From: Mantamonas sphyraenae STR306
Lineage: Eukaryota > Protista > CRuMs
DNA: 64,000 bases
Reading direction: 5' to 3'
NCBI GenBank assembly: GCA_026936335.1
Contig: JAPMXV010000003.1
Span: 186,001 to 250,000 of the forward strand
This document shows positions 23,701-32,733 of this stretch, piece by piece. The position numbers and the translations under genes were made by a program. Position 1 is the stretch's first letter. Every line of letters starts with the position of its first letter. Under the pieces are notes generated by a model. It saw only the letters and a program-made list of their open reading frames with translations, did no database searches and was not told the DNA's origin.

Positions 23701-26110
23701 GCGGCGTCTGAAGAAGTTGCAGGAGCAGAAGCGCAAGAGCGAGGAGGCGCGGGACAAAAAGTACGCCAAGCTGGAACGGATCAAGGAAAAGATGGAGGCC
23801 AAGTACCAACAGGCGCTGGAGAAGCAGTCGGACAAGATGGGCGGGGACATGGACAAGGCGTTGGAGGCGGCAGAGAAGCTGCGGGAAAAGCAGGAGCTGG
23901 AACTGACCGCGCAGCTGATGGAGCTGGAAGAAGCCAAACAGGCAAGCGAAATGGCGCTGCAAGAACAGATGGAGGAGATGCGCGCTGCTCTGGTGGAGGA
24001 GATGGAGCAGAAGTTGGAAGCGGAGGTGGAGGCGCGCAAGAGCGCTGTGGCCGGGTGGAAGGAGCGGTACGCGGAGTTGGAGGAGGCCAAGAAGAACAAC
24101 GAGGCCAAGCTGAAGGGGGTGATCAAACAGCAGAAGGAGGATCTGATCAACAAGATGAAGTCTCGCCTGGATGCAGCGTCGCAGGACAAGGACTCGCTGA
24201 AGAACGACCTGATGACAAAGTACCAACAGTTGCAACTGGAAAAGGAAGAAATGGAGCAGCGACTGACAGCCGAGATGGAGGCGCTGGAGACGCGGCTGAA
24301 GAAAGAGATGGAGGACGCTCTGGATGCTGCGGAAAAGAGGCGAGCCAAGCAGGAGGAGGAGTGCCACGAGAAGCAGCGGGTGATGAAGGAGGAGCGCGAA
24401 CACATGGAGGCATCGTACGAGCAACAGTTGGCACACCTGAAGGAGTCGCACGCAAAGGAGCTTGCGAACAAACTGGCGGCGGCTGCAAACGACAAAGCCA
24501 GCATGGAAGACAAGATGCGTGGAGAGTACGAAAAGTTGGAAGAGGACAAGATGGTGATGGAGGAGGAACTGAACAATGCGATGAAGGCGTTGGAGGAGCG
24601 GCTGACGGAGGAGATGGAAACGGCAGTGCAGAATCTGAAGGACGAGCGCGACACAATGGACGAAGAGTGGGCAGAGACGTACGAGGAACTGGAGCGAGAG
24701 AAGAAGGAGAGCGAAACGGCGTTGCAGAAGCAGATGCGAGATGCAATCCAGGAACTGCAGGAAAGATGCGTGTGGCGGCAAAGGAGGCGGAGCACAGGTT
24801 TGCAGTGGCGGCGGAGGAGCACAAGCAAGCGTACCAGGATCTGCAGCGGGAGAAGGAAGAGATGGAGACGAAGCTGCAGCAGATGATGGCGGAGCAGGAG
24901 AAGCGGCTGACAGGAGAGATGCAGGCGGCGGAGGAAGAGGCGCGGCGCAATGTGGAGGCGATGGAGGCGCGGTTCGAGGAAGAGACAGAGAGGCTGCATC
25001 AAGACTATGCGGAGCAGCTGCATGTGAAGGACATGGAACGGGAGCGTGTGGAGGAGGCGTTCCAAGCGGAAATCGAGCACATCAAGGCGGCCAAGATGGG
25101 CAAGGAGGACGAACTGACGGGCACGCAGAGCGAACTGGCCAAGTGGCAGCGATCGCTGCGTGAGGCGACGAGGGACAACGAGAAACTGGAAAAGGCGTTG
25201 GACAAGCAGGTGCAAAAGATGAACAAGCAGACGGAGCAGTGGAACAGCAAGCGCATGAAGCTGCTGAGCGAGTTGGAAGGGTTGCACGAGAGCGTACGCA
25301 CGCTGACGGCAAGCAACGGTGCGTTGGAGTTGCAGCTGTTTGCGCAGAAGCAACAGAACGAGGCACTGGAGAAGCAGAACAGAGAGGTGAGCTCGGAAAA
25401 CACGCGGCTCAAGGCAGATGCGGTGGACATCGAGGAGCTGCGGGAGGAGTTGGGACGCAAGCAGAAGCAGTTGGACAAGATCATGCCAGAGCTGGAGGAG
25501 CTGCGTGCGGCCAAGGCCGAGGCGGAAAAGCCCGTGTACAAACCGAAGCGCGACAAGATCGACAACATGCTGGCAGAGCTGCTGGTGAAGCTGATGCATC
25601 TGTACATTCCAAGCAACTTTGCACGTATCAGCGAAGGTATGTACCGCTTCGGATCCAAGGTGATTCGCCTGCAGATTTTGAACGGCCAGCTGGTGGCACG
25701 TGTGGGCGGTGGTTTCCTGCCATTTGCAAATTACGCAGAAAAGTACGGCCAGATGGAATGCCGCAAGCTGGAACGACAAGGAGAGCCCGGGCGGCTGGAT
25801 CTTGTGGCGTCGTCCACCAACGTGTTTGACGGCGACGACATTGGCAGCGACGGCGACGTGACGGACCTGGTGGGTGACGTGAACGTGAACCCGGATGACG
25901 ACGGTGGATGGGGCGAATGGATCAAGGCACATCTGGACATTGTGTCTGAGATGTCGAGCCAGAGCGCAGAGGAGCGGCAGGAACGTGCGGAAGAGATTCT
26001 TGGCACTGCCGAGAACGAGCGCGAGCGCAAGGCGTTGCAGACAATGATTGACGAGCAAGAGCGGCGTTTGCAGGCCGCGGAGAATCTGGAAAAGTTGCAA
26101 AAGGGAAGTG

Positions 26111-26152
<42 letters not shown>

Positions 26153-26169
26153 GCAGCGGCAGCGGATGA
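20436..26169 (+). CDS. PKD2: Polycystin-2 (TRPP)-like channel with N-terminal ankyrin repeats, long coiled coil and C-terminal GAS2/GAR domain; one apparent 1-nt frameshift at ~24763
   Basis: Ankyrin repeats (GYTPLQVA, GKSALHVAAEKG); polycystin motifs LVGAVRFRQLRV, GGGFVQD, WIDAQTRAILVDVNLYNPN, IILLNLLVAILNDTY; GAR motif EGMYRFGSKVIRLQILNGQLVARVGGGF. Two small upstream exons start at a CCACCATGG context (20436). Confidence 0.85.
20687..20717. repeat. (CA)n microsatellite in a PKD2-like gene intron
   Basis: Uninterrupted CA run visible in sequence. Confidence 0.9.
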
Positions 26170-27235
26170 AGGAAATGAAGCACAGGTCAACCGAGGGCTT
26201 TGATTTGAACTTTTTCGCGGAGCGTTCGCTACTGCGGTAACGTATTTGATCGCCGTAGAGTCGAACGAGGAGGTGAGGAAACTGCACGCCAAAGACGGAG
26301 CCTGCTTTTTGCAGGGTGAGGAGGCGGTTGTGCTGAGTGACGAGCTTGAACGTGTTGCTGGTCTCCTGTACAATAACGCCGTGCAGGCCGACCTGATGCG
26401 GGGAGCGGCTCTGGAGGACGGTGAGCAACGCGCCATGGTAATCGGCCTTGAGGAGGCGCTCGTGGGTGTTGTTGTTGATGGTGATGGGTGTGGGACCAAC
26501 GACATCAGCGGCATACTGTTGCCAGAGGGTGCGCATGGGCTGTGTCTGGGCAAAGGTGGGGTGGTGCTTCTTGCTGAGGACATGAAGACCTTGCTTGCGA
26601 CGCTGAGTTGCGCTCAGCTGCTTGCCACGGTTTGCGTGGTTGCTTCGTGCAGAGGCCGAGGAGGCGGTGGAGCGTGGGTTGTCCATGAGAACAATGGAAT
26701 CGGACGGCAGCTTGCGTGCAATCTCCTTGTTGATGGCAGCAGAGCTGTAGCGGCCGACCGAAGAGGTGCTACGGGGATTCCGGCTCTCCTGCAGCATGAG
26801 GCCACGTACAAACTCGTGAACCACCTCTCCACTGCGCGTGTCCTCTTCTTGAAGCATCCCGTCGTGCTGCATGCGCTCCTTGTCTGCTCCCAGCAGCTTG
26901 GGGCGTGCATTCTTGGGCAACTCAGCATAGATGAGCTTCTCTCCCTCCTCCTGCTCGGTGCTCAGGGCAAACTCGCTTACGGGCTCGTTGCGTCGTTTTC
27001 TATTCTTGCGAGAGGAGGAGGAGGAAGATGAGGTGCTTGTGGTGGAGTTGTGCTTGTTTGTCGGCGTGGTGGCTCCGACGTCGATGCGTTGTCGCTTTTC
27101 GTGATTGCCATGAGAGGAGGAGGAGGAGGAGGAGGAGGAGATGGGGTGTTGGTGTTGTGTTTGAGAGGCGTCTCTGCTGCGCTTGCGTGCCGAGGACGCC
27201 TTTGCACGGGCGGAAGGTGCGCCGGGCTTGGGCAT
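25922..27235 (-). CDS. POP4: Ribonuclease P/MRP subunit p29 (POP4/Rpp29); 3' end uncertain, homology ends ~26183
   Basis: LLKADYHGALLTVLQSRSPHQVGLHGVIVQETSNTF...LYGDQIRYRSSERSAKKFK. Confidence 0.88.
26113..26165. repeat. (AGC)n trinucleotide repeat encoding poly-Ser
   Basis: Visible AGC run just before the PKD2-like stop codon. Confidence 0.9.
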
Positions 27236-27331
27236 GGGTTTTTCGTCAAGTTTGCTTCAAAACGCGCAGAAACCAAGTGCGCCGATGCACACACCGAAAC
27301 AAGTGAACCACACGACGACGCACCCGCAATC

Positions 27332-28702
27332 ATGTCGAGCAACTCGGAAGCAATGAACGCAGGCATGGAGGATCCGCTGTGGTACCAGTCGCGTATGGCG
27401 CCGGAACTGGGCGAGGAGGAGGCGGCGGATGTGGCGGCGCTGCTGGCAGCGGCGGCTCGCGGGTCGGTGGAGGAGATGGAGGCGCTGGTGGCGGGCAAAG
27501 GAGTGAGTGTGGACGCGGTGTTGGATGCATCGTACTACACGGCGTTGATGGTTGCGTGCCAGCACGGACACGTGGAGGCGGTGAAGTACCTACTGAGCAA
27601 GGATGCAGATGTGCATGCGGTCAAATTCGACGGCGTGACGGCGTTCCTGATTGCCATGCAGAGCGAGGAGCTTGAAGTGGCGTCTCTGCTGCTGGAGAGT
27701 GGGGCGTCGCTGGAGGCCGCCAACGAGGACGGAGCCACGGCACTGCACGAGGCGGCACAGGAGAACCACACAGAGGCAGCCAAGTTTCTACTGGAAAAGG
27801 GAATGAGTGTGGAGGCGACGGATGACGACGGGTGGGTGCCGTTGATGTACGCGGCGCAGAACGGACATGCAGGCATGTGCCAGCTGCTGCTGGAGGCAGG
27901 CACGCCGGTGGACTTTGAGGACGAGGACGGTGGCACGGCGTTGTTTCTGGCCTGCCAGGGAGCACACCTGGAAACGATCGAGGTGCTGGTTGGCGCCGGG
28001 GCAGGGGTCAACGTGGCCGACGAGGACGGCTGGACCCCGTTCCTGTTTGCAGCGCAGCACGGATACGTGGACGTGGTGCAACAGCTCATGAAACTGGACG
28101 TGGACCTGACGGCAGTGAACAAGAACGGCCTGAACGGCGTGCACCTGTGTGCGCAGGACGGCCACGAGGCACTGCTGGGCATCCTGCTGGAACAGGGTGT
28201 GGAGAGCGACCTTCCCAACAAGGAAGGCATCTCTGCGTTTATGTTGGCTGCCCAGGACGGACAGGTGGCATGCATGGAAACCCTGCGTGCACGTGGGGCA
28301 CAAGTGGACCGCGAGGCGAAGCGCACCAAGGCCTCGGCGTTGCATCTCGCGGCGGAGGAGGGCCATGCAAACAGTGTGGAGTACCTGCTGGGTCTGGTGG
28401 CACAGTCTCAGGCTGGCAATTTGCATGCCGATGTGAAGGATGCAATGGGACGCACGCCGCTGCTGCTGGCTGCGCTCAAGGGACGCACCGAAGCCTGCCT
28501 CAAGTTGCTCGAACTCGGCGCCGATCAGAGCTCCGAAGCCATCATGGCGGCCGTGGCCGTGGCACGAAGCAAGGGGTACACGGAAACGGCCGAGGCGTTG
28601 TTGAGTGGAGGTGGCAATGGAAACGAGGAGGCCAAGGAGAAGACGGAGGAGGAGGAGGAGGGAGAAGGGGCTGCCAGCAACTCGGCAGGGCCCAGCGAGT
28701 GA
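27332..28702 (+). CDS. Ankyrin repeat protein (about 11 repeats)
   Basis: Successive repeats TALMVACQHGH, TALHEAAQENH, TPFLFAAQHGY, SALHLAAEEGH, TPLLLAALKG. Confidence 0.92.
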   Translation: MSSNSEAMNAGMEDPLWYQSRMAPELGEEEAADVAALLAAAARGSVEEMEALVAGKGVSVDAVLDASYYTALMVACQHGHVEAVKYLLSKDADVHAVKFDGVTAFLIAMQSEELEVASLLLESGASLEAANEDGATALHEAAQENHTEAAKFLLEKGMSVEATDDDGWVPLMYAAQNGHAGMCQLLLEAGTPVDFEDEDGGTALFLACQGAHLETIEVLVGAGAGVNVADEDGWTPFLFAAQHGYVDVVQQLMKLDVDLTAVNKNGLNGVHLCAQDGHEALLGILLEQGVESDLPNKEGISAFMLAAQDGQVACMETLRARGAQVDREAKRTKASALHLAAEEGHANSVEYLLGLVAQSQAGNLHADVKDAMGRTPLLLAALKGRTEACLKLLELGADQSSEAIMAAVAVARSKGYTETAEALLSGGGNGNEEAKEKTEEEEEGEGAASNSAGPSE

Positions 28703-28782
28703 GGGTGTTGACAGTGTGGGACAAAAGGGTGGATTTGAGTGCAATGAATTGCAAATGGAAGGTTTTGATTGTCGATTCGATT

Positions 28783-28810
28783 GTCGATGGTCGATGGTCG
28801 ATGGTCGATG
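28783..28810. repeat. Intergenic 7-bp tandem repeat (GTCGATG)x4
   Basis: gtcgatg gtcgatg gtcgatg gtcgatg, just upstream of the ATG at 28837. Confidence 0.8.
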
Positions 28811-28836
28811 GATGCGACCGGGGGACCACCGCAAAG

Positions 28837-29033
28837 ATGCTGAGCTCGACGCCGTCGCACCCGATGCGAGCGGGAATGCCGAGCACGGTGGACGAGCTGG
28901 GAGGCATTGGCGCACAGCGCAAGTTGGACATGGAAGCAGGCATGTACGTGGAGGCAGCACGTGGATCACGTCGACGGGCTCCCAAGACAGCCAACTCGCC
29001 GTTTGATCAAGAGGCACAGCAGTACCGCAAGAG

Positions 29034-29069
<36 letters not shown>

Positions 29070-30246
29070 TAGCAGCAGCAGTGTGTCAAGTGCCAATGCA
29101 GAAGAGGTGAAGGGGGCGCACACGGGCAAGAACGTGGACGAGGTGGACGAGGAGTTGCAAGGGTTGCTTGATCGAACCCCCGGGAAAATCCAGCACACGA
29201 TGTCGTCGTCGTCGTCGCTGTCGTCGCTGGCATCGGCAGGCACGGGGCCGGCTGTGCTCAAGACCCCGTCGCCCAAGACGCGTCTGACACGTGTGAACAG
29301 CACAAGCGGGGCAAGCGAGCCGCCCGACCTGGAGAACGTCGCCACCTTCTTGCTGGAGCTGCGCAACACACCCACCTCGGGCATAAGCCGCACCTCGTCG
29401 CCAGCCACCTCTGCACGCAGTTCACCCATGCTGAGCAGTTCGTCGAGTCTGCCGTCCGGATACGGCAGCCCGCCGATGAGTGGCAGCAGCGCACATGTCA
29501 ACCGGCATCATCACCCTCATCATCCGCACAGCCATCCGCTGCTGCCCTCCTCCTACATGGGTTCGCCCAGCATGTACTCTCCGGCGTCGATGACGGCTGC
29601 GTTGGGCAATCTGGAGGGCATTTACAAGTCGGTGGCCAGCATGGGTGGCGAGAAGAAGCAGGCTGGACGCAGGAGCAGTGTTGGGAACGCCGCGGGCTCG
29701 CGAAAAAGAGGGAAATCGAAAATCCGTTCGGCCGACAAGAAAAGGCCCGTGCGCAGCAGCAGTGTGGCCTCAGAGAGCGGCGACGAAGAGATGGAAAGCG
29801 GCAGTGGATCGCCGACGGGCACGCTGCCAAAGTCGCACGGCGTGCTGAAGCACATCATCCTGAACGAGACGCGTGTTCTGTTGTCCATGGATCCGGAGAT
29901 GGACGCACAGCCGGATTTGCGCTCGCAGCTGAAGGACGACTATGTTTTCTTCGATGCCAGTGCCCTGCAACGCATCTACACGACGGAGAAACGGACGTCG
30001 AAGCTGATCAAGCGAGAGACGCTGAAGCGGTACCTGCGCCGCATTTTCAGCCGCTGCTTTGAAGAGCGCGGCTGGGTGGCCATTCCCAAGGAGGGCATCC
30101 TGTGGTACATCAACGGACACGCAGGCGAGGAGGGGAACCAAGTGCCGCCTGTGCTCAGCGCCTCCAAGAAGCGCAAGCTGCCCTCGGCGCCGATGGAGAC
30201 GCTGCCCAGCGAAGAGGATGTCCAAAGCAAGCGTCAGCGCGTGTGA
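28837..30246 (+). CDS. Hypothetical Ser-rich protein with a basic C-terminal globular domain, possibly a transcription factor
   Basis: Long ORF with low-complexity N-terminus, VATFLLELR motif, NLS-like RKRGK and KKRK, and a ~100 aa ordered basic domain. Confidence 0.6.
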
Positions 30247-30490
30247 ACCTTGTCGCCACTCGCCCAGACGCCATGAGTGTCTGCACAGCCTCGCCGCCAT
30301 GCACATGACGAGCAGAGTGACATGTACGTATGGGGATGAGCAAAAGGGAAAAGGAGGAGGAATGTACGCGTTGAACGGTGTGTTTGTTGTTGTGTGGAGG
30401 GAAATCCGCGCCAACCCACGGATTTTTCCCTCTCCGCCGAAAATCGCGCGCGGGTTTCCCGCCAAAAATTTCCAGGGCCCGCTTGCGTGG

Positions 30491-30952
30491 ATGTGGGACC
30501 CGCTGGCGCCACGCCCAATGCGCCATCACGACCGGCGGTGGCAGCGCCTGCAGCGCCTGCGCTACGGACGAGGCGAGGAGGAAGAGGAGGAAGAGGAGGA
30601 AGAGGAGAAGGACAGGCACGCGTCAGGGGAGCGGGTGATCAGGGCTGACATTAGCATGGACAGCTCGACACTCAGCATCGAGGAGGAGGGTGAAGACAGC
30701 AGCGGGACAGACGATACACACAATCATAACCTGAGCCAGGACGGCTCCACAGACTCTTATTTATTCCATGACGGTGGTGAGGGGCCCGAAGACGAGCAGT
30801 ACGTCGACGACACAGCCTCCACCAGCTCAACAGACCACAGACGCAAACGTACGCGCGATCATATGCTCGAGGAAGCATCCGTGGACGACGAGGACATTTC
30901 CGAGTGGAGTGCAAGTGTGCATTCAGCCAAACGCAGCCGCGTGTCGCAATGA
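30491..30952 (+). CDS. Small hypothetical acidic protein
   Basis: ORF from MWDPLAP with poly-Glu and basic RRKRTR / KRSR patches. Confidence 0.45.
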   Translation: MWDPLAPRPMRHHDRRWQRLQRLRYGRGEEEEEEEEEEEKDRHASGERVIRADISMDSSTLSIEEEGEDSSGTDDTHNHNLSQDGSTDSYLFHDGGEGPEDEQYVDDTASTSSTDHRRKRTRDHMLEEASVDDEDISEWSASVHSAKRSRVSQ

Positions 30953-31091
30953 AGGAACATCCGCGGCTCCAGGAACAGCATCAAGACGACACCAGGCCAC
31001 TTCCGTGAACAGCCATGAACAAACAACACACAGGCACACGGCATCCCATCTTGCATCCAAACACTCATCCAAACAAGCACGAAATCAAGCT

Positions 31092-32545
31092 CTATTCGCT
31101 CGTGCCCTCCTCCGAAGTGGTGGAAGCAGAGGCAGAGGAGGAGGAGGAGGACAACGAAGAGTTGCCCTGCGTTTCCTCTGTGTCTTGTTGGGCCTCGTTG
31201 CCATCCTGGTCGACACCTGCCGCGGGCGGGTTGTCCTCCAGCTCGACGAGAAACTCCTTCATCTTGGACGAGTCCCAACCCGTGCCTGCGATGACCACAT
31301 CACACATGTACACGTACAAACTGGCCAACCGCGTGCACTCTGCGTGCCAATGGGCTACAGTGTCCTGCGAGGCGCCGTCGGCGCCCTTGTCGACGTCGCG
31401 GCGAGCCAGGTGCCACAGCATGTACGCAATCTCACAGGCAAAGGCCATGGCGAGCAGATGGGTGGAACTGTAGACACCTTCGTCGAGCATGAGACGAGTC
31501 TGTTCCTCCGAGTCGATCTCGTCACCCTCCTTGGGCTTGCCCGTGCGTTTGGGCTTGCCCTTGTTCTTCTTGCGCTTGGCATCCTGTTGCTTGACCAGGT
31601 CGTCCAGGTTCAAGCCAGCCAGCAACGAGCCGTCGTCGTCACTGGTGTCATTCTCCCGACCGCAGCTGCGTCGCAACACGCGCATGAGCAGCAGGTAGTT
31701 GAACCCCTCTTCCAGCGTCCCTTTCATCACTCCCAGGTTTGTCCAATCGTTGTTCGACCTCAACACACTCCCAATCATGTATCGGATCGCCCCCAGGCGC
31801 CACATCACTGCCTCTGTCGTCTCGGCCGACGTCACGTGGATCATTGCCAACACCTCTGGCGACCCTTGCACCCCTTCAATCGTGCTGAACCCTTCCTCTC
31901 GCTCCACCACACGCTGTGCATCTTCTGCATCCTGTGCAACCTGCACACACTCCAGACAAAGCGGACCCACGCTCTTCAGTCGCTTCAGAATCCTGTTCAG
32001 TGGCTTGCGGCTCTGTGGCGTCAGCTCGAACCCGCCGTCGATCATCATCGTCTGTGTTTGCCGTCCTGTGTCAAATTGTGTGCCTGCTTCCGCACCCATC
32101 CTCACCATGCACATTCAAAACAAGAAAGCCCCCACTTTCCTCCCTTCCCTCGTGCTGTGTATGCACCACCGTGTGCCATGCGTACCTCCTCCGCAAAGGT
32201 GAGCTCCATCATGGTTTCAATGTACGACTTTGTCAGCGTCATTTCTTTGCCATAGTCGATGAGTTGCAGGGCCACAGTGAGCTTCTGCTGGCCTCTGAGC
32301 AGCGTGTCCATATGCTTGGCTGCCCCTTCCTCCTGCAACACCCTCTTGCAGGTCGCCAGCATGGTTTTGATCTCCCGTGCCAGCTTGGCTTTGAATTCTC
32401 CAAGGGCACTCGTCTCCTGCTTTGCTTCGGCCTCGTCACCCGACCCGCTGCTGCTGCCCTCTGCAAACACGTTCTTCTTCGTCTCGCTGTCCTCCTTCTC
32501 CTTGCTTGGCATGGCCATCATTGTGGTGTCTTGTGTGCTGGACAT
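31092..32545 (-). CDS. Hypothetical alpha-helical protein (2 exons, intron ~32053-32185)
   Basis: Two ORFs join in phase 0 (FAEE|gtacgc...cag|TMMIDG); no family recognised. Confidence 0.6.
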
Positions 32546-32733
32546 TCTTCTTCGGAGCTCGTGGCTCCATCTGCGCATGCATCCACACTCGCATGCCATT
32601 GCCTCGTCTCCCTTTCTTTCATGCAGAAAACACACGAACGATCAAAAGAATCCAACCCTGGGACAATCTGCCTCGGCATGGTTGCTGCACTCGCGTGGCA
32701 AACGCAACAACTCGCGTGGAGGGGACAGGGAGG

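Noticed and set aside
24755-24775. Programmed ribosomal frameshift in the PKD2-like gene
   Set aside because: Adding one A to the short A-run (GAA AAG ATG) restores a seamless coiled coil; no slippery heptamer is evident, and a second homopolymer indel at ~62418 points to sequencing error.
22733-26583. Long antisense ORFs (682 and 1141 aa), also 48544-51720 and 15915-17264
   Set aside because: Shadow frames of E/K/Q-rich, GC-rich coding sequence, with no domain signal.
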